The notes under the pieces are model-generated. The model was not told where the DNA came from. It ran no database searches and was given only the letters and a program-made list of their open reading frames with translations. The position numbers and the translations under genes were made by a program. Shown here piece after piece: positions 24,851-38,753 of a stretch of DNA of 64,000 nucleotides (position 1 is its first letter; each line of letters starts with the position of its first letter). Source of the stretch: Octopus sinensis (lineage: Eukaryota). The stretch lies in assembly GCF_006345805.1 (NCBI RefSeq), contig NC_043008.1, positions 14,880,001 to 14,944,000 on the forward strand. The letters are read 5' to 3'.

Positions 24851-25653
24851 TTTTTTAATGTTTTAAGGTCCAAAGCCACTTGGGATCGACTTTGCTTTCA
24901 CCCTTTCCCCCAAATCGATAAAATTAGCGGCAAGCTGGCAGAAACATTAGCACGCCGGGCGAAATGCTTAGCGGTTACGTTCTGAGTTCAAATTCCACCG
25001 AGGTCGACTTTGCCTTTCATCCTTTCGGAGTCGATAAATTAAGTACCAGTAGCGTGCTGGGGTCGATCTAATCGACTGGCCCCCTCCCCCCAAATTTCGG
25101 GCCTTGTGCTTAGAATATTTCTATTCCACACACAAACACACGCTCGCACACATACACAGATCATTAACCTCTGATTCCTGCTTCGACATATTATCACTCA
25201 CATTCCTCTTTTGTTTTTATTTCCGTACTAGTGAAGTACTGGTCAAGTTGATGTAATCGGCTACATCCTTTACCGATGTTAGGTGTAGTCTTGTACCTAT
25301 GCAAGAGATTAATTATTGTAATGACATGTTTAACACGTAGGCTGGTGCAAAGCTGGTGATAAACCAAGGAGCGATATAAAATGTACGCCTCATTTCAAAC
25401 TGCACATTAAGTATTTTAGTAATCAATGTTAATTGCAAATGGACTATGATGGTGATGATGATGATGATGAGGATGACGGTGATATGTTTATGCGTGTGTG
25501 TGTTCCTCATACGTGCGTTTGAAGAGCTGAAATGGTGAAAGGCGCTTAAACATAAACTTCCTGCCATCAGGTCTGTGTTCATCTTTTTTTAAAAGAGATT
25601 TTCAACATGATTACTACCCTTTTATTTGAGAAAACCTTTTCACGCACACGCAC

Positions 25654-25706
<53 letters not shown>

Positions 25707-26186
25707 CGCTTGTGTGCATCTATGTGTCTGTGTTTGAGTTAGTGTCGCTTGTTCCACACAACCACTTGACAACCGGCGTTGGTTTGCTTACATCATCGTA
25801 ACCTAGAGGTTAATCATAAGAGACCAATAAAAAATACCAGACTTAAAGAAATAATACCGGGATCGATTTGTTCGGCTAAACTATTCAAAGCGCTGCCTCA
25901 GCATGGCCGCAGCCCAGTGACTGACAAGTAAAAGTCGTGTTTGCGATCCGAGTTCAATCTGTTGTGTTGCCTTCTAACTTCACGATCGCTGCTAATGCTT
26001 TTTTTCTCTTTATTCTTTTCAAAATGACAGGAAATATTTTAAGTACAGTTTGATAAATTAACCTCTAAGATTACGACTAAATGATCTACTGATGAAGCAC
26101 AGTTAATCACAGTTCACATATAAATATTTAATGAAGATATATCGAGGTTTTGGTTCTGCTTTTCTCTTTCTCTGTCCACCCCTCTT

Positions 26187-26220
<34 letters not shown>

Positions 26221-26946
26221 GCTCCCTCTTACTTTGTGTTACTTCAATTAAGAGAGATTCAGAGAAATTCAATAGCTCTTTAAAAATTATTTCTAATTCT
26301 TTGATCTCTAGCTATAAATATTGTTATTTTGACGTTTGGAATTCAGATTCTGTCTGCCGTGTTTGTTTAAATCAAAATGAAGATAGACAGTCGGACTGAT
26401 AGATTGATAGCGAGACAGAGATAAAGAAATAAGAGGGTGGAAAAAGAGATAAAGAAAGAGAGAGAGAGAGAGAAAAAGAGAGAAAAAACGGGTGGGGAAT
26501 ATACAGGAAAACCAGTAAGAGAAGAAAATTAAGCATATAAATATATATATAAAAAAATGGTTTTATTTCATTTATTGGAATTTAGATTCTGAGAAATGAT
26601 TAGATAATAACGTTCTAGATAGCTCAATTGTCATTGTGAATATTTTATTCACGTCTTTACAACATTATTTCGGTTCTGATGGAAGAATGCTTCTCAGCAA
26701 ACGCCAACTTCCAAGAATGCTCTTATTCTTTCCCAGTCTTTTACTTCGCCATAAACTAATCTCTCTCTCTTTCCCCTCTTTCACTCGCGCGCGCTCTCTC
26801 TCACAGATACACACAGTGATGCACACACACACACACAAATATATAAACACACACACACACACACACACACAAATATATAAACACACACACTATTTTTTTC
26901 TCTTTCTCTCTTGCACAAAAACAATATTTGTTTTCATAGAATTAGT

Positions 26947-27009
<63 letters not shown>

Positions 27010-27359
27010 AACGCTTCTAATATTGCTACTGCTGTATGTATATATGTATGTATGTATGCGTGTATGTATGTTTGAATGCATCTGTATGAATGTATCTATG
27101 TATTTATGAATGTATGTATGTATTTATGAATGTATGTATGTATGTATGTATGTATGTTTGTATGAATGTATGAATGTATGTATGTATGAATGTATGTATG
27201 TTTGTATGAATGTATGTATGCATAAATGTATGTATGTATCTGCATATATGTATACGTATGTATGTAGTGTATATATATATAGATATACATGTATCTATAT
27301 ATGTATATCTATATATATACATATAGATGTACATGTATATATATTCATATATATATACA

Positions 27360-27391
<32 letters not shown>

Positions 27392-27393
27392 CA

Positions 27394-27452
<59 letters not shown>

Positions 27453-27630
27453 CGGTAGCCACTACACACATTTTTTTCTCCCCTTGTTTTTTTTTCTGTC
27501 TACCTTTCTGTAGAAGTGCGTAGGCTCGAAACGTAAAATACTTTTTCTATTCCTGAGTGTTATACTAATACATCTGTTTGTTTTGTACACCTCCTGTCTT
27601 CGTCTTTTGTTTTTTTCGTGAACTCTTCCT
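27453..27630 (+). mobile_element. Short repeat with minimal hammerhead-like motif (Penelope-like terminal remnant), copy 1
   Basis: Colinear with 31413-31580; flanked by (TA)n on both sides; motif at 27504-27539. Confidence 0.55.
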
Positions 27631-27948
27631 ATATATATATATATATATATATCAGTATTTATGCGTGTATGTATGTATGAATGTTCTTTAATCTCAAGTC
27701 AGTCGCAATGGAGCAGCAACGTGATGAAAGCATACAAGCCAGGCGTGTCACGTGTTTCTTTTGCCCCGAGAATTGTGTACCTAAGATCATATTAGACAAT
27801 GTGTTTAAGACGATAGGATGTAATTGTGTTGAAGTTTTAGCTGCTGTTTCTAGCAGGTTGACAGAACACTTAGAGAGGCTCCCACGTTGGGTTAAACGCA
27901 ATACCATGTAGGTGGGGAGTTTAGTGATAAAATCATCCCTTATCAGGA

Positions 27949-28312
27949 CCGCCACCGCCACAACGACGACGACGATGACCACCACCACCACCACCACCAC
28001 CACCACCACCACCGCCGCCACTACCAGCACCAGCACCACCACCTGCGCTAGCACCACCACCTGCGCTAGCACCAGCACCACCACCAGCACCACCACCAGC
28101 ACCACCACCAGCACCACCACCAGCACCAGCACCACCAGCACCACCACCAGCACCAGCACCACCAGCACCACCACAACCAACACCACCACAATCACCACTA
28201 GCACCACCACCAGCACCACCACCAGCACCACCACCACCGCCACCACTACCAGCACCAGCACTAGCACCACCACCACCAACCACCAATCACCACCACCACC
28301 ATTACTACTACT
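27949..28312 (+). repeat. (CAC)n / (CAGCACCACCAC)n compound repeat
   Basis: Directly visible; source of the poly-Thr, poly-Val and poly-Gly ORFs. Confidence 0.95.
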
Positions 28313-28759
28313 TTCATAAATATCCTCCGATCGATCACCGTATCAATCACCTTCTCTTCACTGGTTCCTTTATTCTCCCTGTCAATCAATTCCTGTTCCA
28401 TTTCGATTCCCGTTTGAAACCATTTCACATCAATTCCAGCTCCAATACTTAAAGAGAAAGATATAAATATCCCACCTTCGCCGATTATTTTTTTTTCCTC
28501 AACGTGACAGGATTTTTGCATTATTTATTTTAAATGTCATTTCCTTCCCTCCTCCCCCAACACTTCCCCCTTCTCTCTCCTTCTTCCTTTCTCTTTATCT
28601 CGCTTCTTTTCCCTCTCCTCTCTCTCTCTCTCTCTCTCTCTTTCTCATTATGTCTTTATGTATCTTGTCTCATTAATATTGACTCAAACCAGAGTATTTA
28701 CTGACTTAAGCGAGAATTACCAACCCAGAAGATAAGCTATGTCATAGACCACTTAATCC

Positions 28760-28837
<78 letters not shown>

Positions 28838-28898
28838 GCATTGGCATCTATCTCTCCCTCTCCCTCCCTCTCTCTCTCTCTATTCATACATACATACA

Positions 28899-28929
<31 letters not shown>

Positions 28930-29204
28930 GATCTAGCGATCGTGAATTCAATTCTTAGACAGAATAAATAAACAGTTACCAGGGCAGCAAAAAATCTCAC
29001 GAGTAATAAGGACGTAACACCCTGTTTGTAAAGGTAGAAACTCCGGGTTGGTATACACATTCATTTCATTCTATTAAAATGTCTTATTGATGAGTTTAGT
29101 TTCCTTTTTTCTTTCCCTGATGAGAAGATTGGGACCTTTACCTTTTGACCGAAAGGTATAAAAAATAATATTTTGTAACTAAACACTTTCAAACTTGTAT
29201 GATT

Positions 29205-30119
29205 TCAATTCCAGCATGGCGTTCTGTAGAAGATTAAGGGAGAGGAGATGCGACGACGTTCTTGGGGAGACTCTGGGCGTAGACAGGGAATACTCGACTC
29301 ACCTCTTCAGGATCACTTTTGGGCCAAAACCTATGGACAATTTCCCGAGATCCCTGGCCTGGCAGTGCTAGCGGGGAGCAGTTCCCGTTCGAGATAAGGT
29401 CTACAGACACAGTTCAAGAAACACCTAGCCGACTTGCCCGAGATGCGGTCAGAACGAACGATGAAACCGTTCTGCACGCACTCATGCAATGTCCAAATAT
29501 TTCAGACCTGTAAGCCTATGTCGAATGGCTGCTGTCACGTGTGGAACGAGTCCGGTTGTCAACTAAGTCTATTGTAAATATTGCTCCGCCAACTTCTTTT
29601 AACCGGGAAGGCAAGGCAGTTTTCATTGTTCTGGTAGCTATGGCGAAAGAATGTTTGAAAGGGTTAGAGACAAATACTTTCCTCTCTGGTTAACCTCTCA
29701 TCATCTTTTTCAAGTATTACTTGAAAAGAAAGGTGAGAGTAGAAAGGGAAATTTTGTCTAAGGAAAAGATTTAATAAAAGGAGGGTGAATGTAGCAAAGA
29801 AGGTAAACATGAATGACGGACCCACTTTGAGCACGAACATATAAAACAAAAAGAGAAAGGGCGCTTTGCTCTCATGGTTTTTTTTCGAGGCGACCGTGGT
29901 TTTATCGTAGGTTTTTACTTCTACGGATAACCCTAGTCAGTGTTATATTTTCTCCCCCTTTTGGGAATTTCTGTTGTTAAAACGTTACCTGGTTACCTTG
30001 TTATCTCTTTGTGTACACGTCCCAAAACGTTTTCGATCCCTATTGATCTGTTTCGAAAAGAAAAATTCTACATTGTATTGTCCCCTCTGTGTTCGGCCCT
30101 GCGTGGCTTAATAAAAAAA

Positions 30120-30120
<1 letters not shown>
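29205..30120 (+). mobile_element. Decayed 3' end of a Tx1/L1-clade LINE (ORF2 C-terminal zinc knuckle + 3' UTR)
   Basis: Frameshifted CPRCGQN..DETVLHALMQC at 29434-29492 (CCHC, zf-RVT type), preceded by SLAWQC*RGAVPVRDKVYRH; ends AATAAAAAAAA then (TATC)n. Confidence 0.8.
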
Positions 30121-30121
<1 letters not shown>

Positions 30122-30201
<80 letters not shown>

Positions 30202-30226
30202 CATCCATCCATCCATCCATCCATCC

Positions 30227-30297
<71 letters not shown>
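30122..30297 (+). repeat. (TATC)n(CATC)n(TATC)n microsatellite
   Basis: Directly visible, immediately 3' of the LINE end. Confidence 0.97.
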
Positions 30298-30827
30298 AAT
30301 AATTTTCGTGAGAAATAAAATCTAGATGATCACCTCAGTAGCTCTTCATGCTGGAGCATGGCTAGCAAAGTTTTCAATTAGTAATATAAAAACAGCATTT
30401 TCAATATACAAATGTAAGTAAAATGGCGGAATTTTTGTAACAAATACAAATTTTTAGGCTTACTAGTATCGTTAGAGTGTCGAACAAAATGCTTTGAGTT
30501 ATTTTAATTACGTACCATTGCGTTCTGAATTCAAGATTCACTGATGTCTACTTGTTTTTTTTAATACTTCCGAGTTCAATAACATGAAGTATTAATTGAA
30601 TACTGGATCGATCTGATCGACTACAACCCTCTGTTAATTTCGAAGTATTGTTCTTCACTTAGAAATCGATATTGATTTCTTACACTAATACATCGTCACT
30701 AATTTCTTGAGGATAGATCCAATCAATCGAATTAATTCCAATACAGTCTTGCTATTTATTTTATCGAACTCCGAAGATATGAAATACAAAGATGATACGA
30801 ACAGTGGTTTTAGTTTTTGTACTATCC

Positions 30828-31752
30828 TCTGCTTGTTTCAATCACTGGACTGCGGCCATGCTAGGATTACTGTCTTGAAAGATTTAGTTGGACAAATCGA
30901 CCACAGTTCTTACGTTTCTAAGTCTGGTACTTATTTTATCGATTGGTTTTTATCGAACTGCTACGTTACGGAGAGATAAACGAATCAGCACCAGTTGTTA
31001 ATTGATAGTGAGGCACAAACACGAAGACAGACATATATACGAACGTAAATACATACATAGCCCCCCCCCACATACACACACACACATATACATGCACATA
31101 CACACATACACACATATACACATATAAAACACACATGCACATACAAATATTTATACCACACAACACATCAATCACAACACACCACCACGCACACATCAGC
31201 ACTGACCGCTTCCCAGACCCACATTTTTACACCTACACATACACACACACACACGTCAAGATCACCATCCCTCTTCCACAAGCACATACAAACTCTCTTA
31301 TATACACGCACGCTCGCTCGCTTTCGTTTTGGGATCACCATTACTTTATTATCTCCCCTTCTCCCTAGCTCTCCCGTGTGACCCTTCTGTCCGGAATTCG
31401 CCATGATAAATCGCTAGCCACTACACATTCTTTACTTTCTCTCCTTGTTCCTTTCTGTCGAAGAGCGTAGGCTCGAAACGTTAAAGACTTTTTCACTTCC
31501 CGAGCGTTATACTAATACATCTGTTTCTTTTCTACACCACCTGCCTTCGTCTTTTGTTTTTTTTTTATGAATTCTCCCCCTACAAATATTTATAGACAAC
31601 TGGATTCCACACAGTTTCCGTCCACCAGATTTACTCACAAGGTATTGATCGGCACGCGGCGATAGTAGAAGGCTAAGGTACTGTGTAGTGGGATAGAACA
31701 CGAAACCACACCGATGCAAAGCGAGTTTCTTAACCATACATCCATGCTTGCA
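30828..31752 (-). mobile_element. Old SINE family A copy split by expansion and insertion in its internal microsatellite
   Basis: 3' half at about 30828-31045 and 5' half at about 31596-31752, same strand and correct order. Confidence 0.65.
31413..31580 (+). mobile_element. Short repeat with minimal hammerhead-like motif, copy 2
   Basis: CTTT-CTGTCGA-A-GAGC-GTAG-GCTC-GAAA-CG-TT-AAAG at 31451-31486. Confidence 0.6.
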
Positions 31753-31970
31753 TCCAATATTTTACCATTTTAGCCGCTTCATTGCCCTAAAGAAAACAAC
31801 AGATCAAATTTGATGCGGCTGGATTAAATGCATTAAAATCGTTTTTATTTTCGTAAATTAGGATCCGAAGACATGAAAAAAAATGGTCTTGTCGATGGCT
31901 GTTGTCTATTTGTGATCTTTTGTTGTATCAGAAGGAATAGATATTGGTTGGCAGAAAAGTGGCGGGTTGG

Positions 31971-32051
31971 CACCATCATCATCACCGTCATAATCGCCAT
32001 CATCATCGCCATCGTCATCATCACCATCATCATCATCACCATCATCATCAC

Positions 32052-32092
<41 letters not shown>

Positions 32093-32107
32093 CCGTCATC
32101 ATCATCG

Positions 32108-32142
<35 letters not shown>

Positions 32143-32143
32143 G

Positions 32144-32190
<47 letters not shown>

Positions 32191-32460
32191 GTCATCATCA
32201 TCATCATCGTCATCATCATCATCATCACGACTACCACAACCACCACCACCATCATCACCATCACCATCACCATCATCATCACCACCACCACTATCATCCT
32301 GATCATCGTGACCATGATCACCACCACCACTATCATCCTGATCATCGTGACCATGATCACCACCACCACCACCACCACCACCACCACCACCACCACGATG
32401 ATGATGATGAGGATGATGATGATGATGATGTTCAAGATCACGATCGCCGCCATCGTCATC
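31971..32460 (+). repeat. (CAT)n/(CAC)n tract ending in an inverted (GAT)n segment
   Basis: Directly visible. Confidence 0.95.
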
Positions 32461-32613
32461 TCATTTGCTGCTGCACATCTCTTTCAGTATGGCATCTTAT
32501 TTAAGCGATACAGTTGACTGAGTAGAAGACCAAAACCAATTCTAAGCATCATCATTATATCGACTGACTGAAAAAAATCCAGACGTCGAAAGAAGACATA
32601 TTAAAACGGAGAG

Positions 32614-32719
32614 TATTATTATTATTATTATTAGTTGTTGTTGTTGTTATTGTTGGATATATAGGTACATAAATCTATAATCATCGACTTGATTATTATT
32701 GTTGTTGCTATTGTTATCG

Positions 32720-32802
<83 letters not shown>

Positions 32803-32863
32803 ATTATCATTATTATTATTATTGTTATTATTATTATTATTATTGTTATTTTTATTGTTGTTG

Positions 32864-32895
<32 letters not shown>

Positions 32896-33037
32896 GTTAT
32901 TATTATTATTATTATTATTATTGTTATTATTATTATTGTTGTTGTTATCATTATTATTATTGTTATTATTATTATTATTACTATTATAGTTGTTATTATT
33001 ATTGTTATTATTATTATTTTTATTATTATTATTATCA

Positions 33038-33068
<31 letters not shown>

Positions 33069-33392
33069 TATTGTTGTTGTTGTTATTATTATTATCATTA
33101 TTATTGTTATTATTATAATTATTGTTATTATTATTATTATTATTATTATTGTAGTTGTTGTTGTTGTTATTATTATTATCATTATTATTGTTATTATTAT
33201 GTTGTTGTTGTTGTTGTTATTATCATTATTATTGTTATTATTATAATTATTGTTATTATATTATTATTATTATTATTGTAGTTGTTGTTGTTGTTATTAT
33301 TATTATCATTATTATTGTTATTATTATTGTTGTTGTTATTATTGTTATTGTTGTTGCTATTAATATTAAAATTATTATTGTTATTATTATTA

Positions 33393-33423
<31 letters not shown>

Positions 33424-33534
33424 TATTATTATTATTATTGCTATTGTTGTTGTTCCTATTGTTTTGTTTACTGTCGACGTTGCTGTTATTGTTTACTACA
33501 ATCATATTTATCATTCACTCTGTATTCATATATT

Positions 33535-33587
<53 letters not shown>
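32614..33587 (+). repeat. About 1 kb (TAT)n/(TGT)n/(TAC)n compound microsatellite
   Basis: Directly visible. Confidence 0.95.
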
Positions 33588-33814
33588 GAATTTAAAAAAA
33601 GATACAAAGGAGAGCACAAGCAAAACAAACAACGAATGAAAAATGAGAAAGTAACCAATCTGTTTCAATGTTTAGTTAATATTCTAATCTTGTTTATTAA
33701 TTAATAATTTCGTCATTTTTTAAAATACAATAGTTTGATGTTGCTTGTGTGTTTGGCTGGTAGCTTGGTTAGTTGACTTATTACTAGAGTTGAAAGAAAG
33801 TGCAGATAGGTAGT

Positions 33815-34512
33815 ACTCGACTGCTATTTATTTTATCGACCTTGGAAGGATAAAAAGCAAAGTTGACCTCGGTGGAATTTGAACTCAAATGGTAAAGACT
33901 GGCGTGCTAACGAATCGTCAGCTCGCCACCTTATGTGAAAGAATGACAGTGGTTTCAAATTTTAGTACAAGGCCAGTAATTTAGACCCTAATAGTCAACT
34001 GGTACCTTATCTTATGGATCCCGAAAGGATGAAGTCGAAGGGTAACACCTATTTCTTTACTACCCACAAGGGGCTAAACACAGAGAGGACAAACAAGGAC
34101 AGACAAACGGATTAAGTCGATTATATCGACTCCAGTGCGTAACTGGTACTTAATTTATCGACCCCGAAAGGATGAAAGGCAAATTTGACAACTTAGAAAG
34201 CAAAGTCGATCTTGGCGGAATTTGAACTCAGATCGTAAAGACGTGTAAAAGACGTGTAGCCAAGCATTTTGCTTGGCGTGCTAACGATTCTGCCAGCTCG
34301 CTGCATCATACGGAAGAATAATAACGGTTTCAAATTTTGGCACAAGGCCAGCAATTTCGACCTTAGATGTCAACTGGTATTTATTTTATCTATTCCGAAA
34401 GGATGAAAGGCAAAGCTTACCACGACGCCATTTGAACTCAGAAACCTTAAGTCGGAAGAAATGCCGCTATATATTTTGCCCGGGGCGGTATCGATTCTAC
34501 CAACAGACCGCC
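33815..34512 (-). mobile_element. Cluster of nested and adjacent SINE family B copies
   Basis: Young long-tail copy at about 34047-34305 among older short-tail copies. Confidence 0.8.
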
Positions 34513-35489
34513 TTTATACGGAGGAATGACAATGAAAAAGGAAAATGCATTATTAATTGCAATTTAAAAAGAAAAGCGCATATTTTTCTTACTTTTCCAA
34601 ATCTTTCGACTTGTGTTGGATATTTTTAACACTTAATACGTATAAATACATACATACATATATACATACATACGTTTATATATATATATATATATATATG
34701 TATGAATGTATGTATATATATATACACCCATCCACACACATATATGTATATATATACATACATATAATGTATACACATACATGCATAGATACATACATGC
34801 ATCGAATAGGTTATATCTATCTATCTATCTATCTATATATATCTTGCTATCTATCTACATAAAAACACACATTCATACATACACATATGTGTTGCTACTT
34901 ATGAAGGTGTGGGCAAGCCTCATTCTTATTGTTCTTCATGTTTGCTCAAATATAATTTTCATAAATTGATACAATATTACAATATCTCATTAGTATACAG
35001 CTAATTCTATTTTCAATATTTCATATTATTACTTACAACTTAAGCACGAACATTTTATTCACATTCAGTTTTTTTTTCATATATCATCTGTCTGTCTGCA
35101 TTACTATACCGCCTTATTAAAGACTTCATTTGATTTGATACGCTAATTCTGATCTATAAAACATCTGCTGCTCTTGAGACGTTGTAAGTAATCGTAGAAG
35201 CACGTTTGTATCGTCTGTTAATAATTCTGTATCGTCTGCAAATACTTTTATATCGTCTGCTATCACTTGAAGTTAATTGTAACATATTTTAAACACGAAT
35301 TTAACTGATATAACTAAATGTGTTTGTCTTGTTTAATTATGAACATATTTTGTTAAATAAAATTTAGCAATGATAGTAATTGGTTAATTCTTAAACTAAG
35401 GAGGCGTGGGTTGATCAAATCGATTCCAGGTGGGATGTGAACTCAGACGTAAAAAGCAAGTCATTTTGATCGACGCTGTAACAATTTAT

Positions 35490-36306
35490 CTTTTGCTCGT
35501 TTCAGTCAGTAGACTACGGCCATGCTGGGGCATTGTCTTCAGTGGTTTTACCGAATACTTATTTTTTGTTCTATCGGTCTCTTTTACCTACCCGCAAATT
35601 TACGAGGAGGTAAACTTACTAATACCGGTTGTCAAGCGGCGGTGGTGACAGGTACAAACAGAAGAGCACACACATCTATCTACCTAAGGAGAGTGAGAGT
35701 AGAGAGGCAAGTTTTGTATGGCGAATGTTTCAAAAAAAGATGGGTGAATGTAGCAAGGATGGCACGTATGAATAACGAAGCCACCTTGAGTATAATCCTA
35801 TGAATCCGGAAAAATTTAAGACAGAGGGTTACTTACTTGTAAACAAATGTGTTAACATGTGACACTATTGTCCGAGGTTACCGTGGTCTTTTCCGTAGGC
35901 TCTTCTTTCCACGGATAAACCCTATCTGCTTCCCCCTTTACATCATGACATTTCTGTGATACACGATCCCTATTGAAGTTTTTTTTCTTTTCTTTTATTT
36001 TTCTTTCCCATTTATAATCCCTTTTGATCGAAAACCTACCCCACTTTTTTTCTCCCCCAAAAGAAAAGCTCTACTTTGTAATCTGTCCCGTTTGTGTGCA
36101 GGCCTGTGTGGCTAATAAAGAAACATATCTATCAGTCTATCTACGACGAGCTTCCATCCGGTTTCTCTCTATCAAATTCATTCATAAAACATTGGTAGGC
36201 TCGGGGCTATAATGGAAGACACTTGTCCAAGGTGCTGCGCAGTGGGACTGAACCAAAACCACATGGTTGCCAAGCGAGTTCCTTAACCACACGGCCATGC
36301 CTGCGT
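35490..36306 (-). mobile_element. Old SINE family A copy interrupted by a Tx1-like fragment
   Basis: 3' half at about 35490-35682 and 5' half at about 36140-36306. Confidence 0.75.
35683..36124 (+). mobile_element. 5'-truncated Tx1/L1-clade LINE (ORF2 end + 3' UTR)
   Basis: Homologous to about 29730-30120; encodes RRVRVERQVLYGECFKKRWVNVARMARMNNEATLSIIL*; ATCTATC on both flanks. Confidence 0.8.
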
Positions 36307-36938
36307 CTATATTCTGTTTCTAACATCTTGCGATAAAATTTCTTTTCTAACAAAACCAAAACTCCAGAAATTTGGGAGTGAGATCAGTCGATTAGCTAGC
36401 TTTTATAACGTCTCTGGATGGTTAAAAGCTAAATTATCCAATCCCGGAAGGATCTGAATTCAAACGAAATGAACCTGAAGAAATATTGCTTGCCATGTCT
36501 TTGCTGATCAGAGTTCCACACACACACACGCGCGTGTACACGAAGTGTTTGCATGCGATCAATCATACAATATTGTGAATGATGCTAATAAGCTTTTATT
36601 GTTCTCTTCTTTCTGCCCCAGGATTCATAAGTCTGGTTATTCGGTTTCCATCGCGTGTAAGTGACCAAGATGACAAAATCTCCCACCCCTGAACAGGGCG
36701 CTGATTCGTTGCAGGATTCAAGACCAGAAATTTTAAGGGGGACAAATCGATTACACTGAACCCAGTACTAGACTGGTACTTTATTTTATCCACCCCGAAG
36801 GGATCAAAGGCATAGTTGATCTCGTTGAGATTTGAACTCATAGCATAAAGTTCCGAAACAACTGTCATTAAGCATTTTATTCGAGGTATCAAAGAATCTA
36901 CCAGCTCACTCAGGACACAGTAAATCATGACAGTAGGA

Positions 36939-37840
36939 CAGGGTTCTCAACCATTTATCATCTATGAGCCCCTTCGATAACTATTTTATCCTGGTGGGGC
37001 TCCCATAAGCATTCGATGTTAAAAAACTAGTTTTATAGAAACTTCTTTTAAGAATTCCTATTTTGTTTTTCACACATTAACTCGTGTAGGTTGACTTACT
37101 CATTTACTTGTTTCAGTCATTTGACTGCGACCATGCTGGAGCACCGTCTTTTAGTCGAGCAAATCGACCCCAGCCTAGTACTTATTCTAAGCCTAGTACT
37201 TATTCTAGTGATCTTTTTTGCCGAACCGCTAAGTTACGGGGACGTAAACACACCAGCATCAGTTATCAAGCGATGCTGGGGGGACAAACACAGACGTACA
37301 AACATATAAACACACATACATATATGTATATATATACGACGGGCTTCTTTCAGTTTCCGTTTAACAAATCCAATCACAGGACTTATTGGATCCCTTTTGC
37401 TGAACCGCTAAGTTATGGGGATGTAAACACACCAAAATCGGTTGTCAAGCGATGGTGGAAGAAGGGCAAACACAGACATACAAATACACACAAATATATA
37501 CACGACGGGCTTCTTTCAGTTTCCGTCAACCAAATCCACTCACAAGGCTTTGGTCGGCCCGAGGCTATAGTAGAAGACTCTTGCCCAAGGTGCCACGCAG
37601 TGGGACTGAACCCGAAACCACGTGGCTGGTAAGCAAGCTATTTACCACACAACCACTCCATGTAAAATGCTGAAGAAAAAGCGTTGTTATTTCTTGGAAA
37701 ACATACCAATACATACACCTAAAGCAAAATCTTTTCAGGGGTCCTTAAAATACTACTATGGATCCCAAATTTATTATTTTGCTGCATGGACCCCACCAAA
37801 ATATTATGAGGGCCATATGGATCCCGGTCAAAAACCACTG
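36939..37840. mobile_element. hAT/Charlie-like MITE interrupted by a SINE
   Basis: Termini CAGGGTTCTCAACC / GGTCAAAAACCACTG; flanks CAGTAGGA and CTGCAGGA (6/8). Confidence 0.6.
37097..37659 (-). mobile_element. SINE family A with internal duplication
   Basis: Segment GGACTTATT...CAAATC occurs twice; junction near 37370. Confidence 0.85.
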
Positions 37841-37962
37841 CTGCAGGAGATGCTTATTCTTATATAAAACCCTTGGGCTGGAAATTAACTCAACCAATTC
37901 GGAGAATCCCGTGTGAATCGCAGATCATGATTTTCCAGCATTCCCATGTCTGCATACTTACC

Positions 37963-38195
37963 TATTTCTTTATTGCCCACAAGGGGCTAAACACAGAGGG
38001 GACAAACAAGAACAGACAAACGGATTAAGTCGATTACATCGACCCCAGTGCGTAACTGGTACTTATTTAATCGACCGCGAATGGATGAAAGGCAAAGTCG
38101 ACCTCGGCGGAATTTGAACTCAGAACGTAGCAGCAGACGAAATACTACTAAGCATTTTGCCCGGCGTGCTAACGATTCTGCCAGCTCGCCGCCTT
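37963..38195 (-). mobile_element. SINE family B monomer with about 16-bp TSD
   Basis: TGTCTGCRTACTTACC on both flanks. Confidence 0.9.
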
Positions 38196-38533
38196 ACTGT
38201 CTGCGTACTTACCGACATCAAGGATCTTCCTTTGGCTTGTTTCTCGATCTTGCCAAATAAGGTAGGAAGGTTGTACGAGATATTGTGCAAGCCTTATTGG
38301 ACCGTCAATTCTGCATAGACATTGATGACTTCCCTTCAGTTTAATTGCTTTTGTTTTTAGTTTTGTAACGATGGGAAACTAAAGACTCGACGCAAGCGCA
38401 ACCTGTGCATAACATACACACACACATAACACATACACACACACGCATACACACACACATACATATATGCTCACACACACATATACATACATACATGCAC
38501 ATACGCACACATGCATATGGATGTGTATATATA

Positions 38534-38657
38534 CAGGGTGTCCACAAAGTCTGGGTACGTGGAGTAAATAAAATCATAACATAAACAATTAAATATAAGA
38601 AATAATTTCTTAAAGTATGTGTTAATCCCCATGTACCCAGACTTTGTGGACACCCTG
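38534..38657. mobile_element. Tc1/mariner-type MITE (124 bp)
   Basis: Perfect 25-bp TIR CAGGGTGTCCACAAAGTCTGGGTAC, TA on both sides. Confidence 0.9.
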
Positions 38658-38753
38658 TATATATATATATATATATATACATTCGTACATACATGCATGT
38701 GTGTATATGTATATGTGTTTGTTTGTTTGTGTGTGAGTGTGTGTGTGTGTGTG

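Noticed and set aside
27659-28319. Mucin-like poly-Thr/Ser and poly-Gly ORFs
   Set aside because: Pure trinucleotide-based repeat open in several frames on both strands, with no convincing splice sites.
31845-33704. Poly-His, poly-Met, poly-Ile and poly-Leu ORFs
   Set aside because: (CAT)n and (TAT/TGT)n microsatellites.
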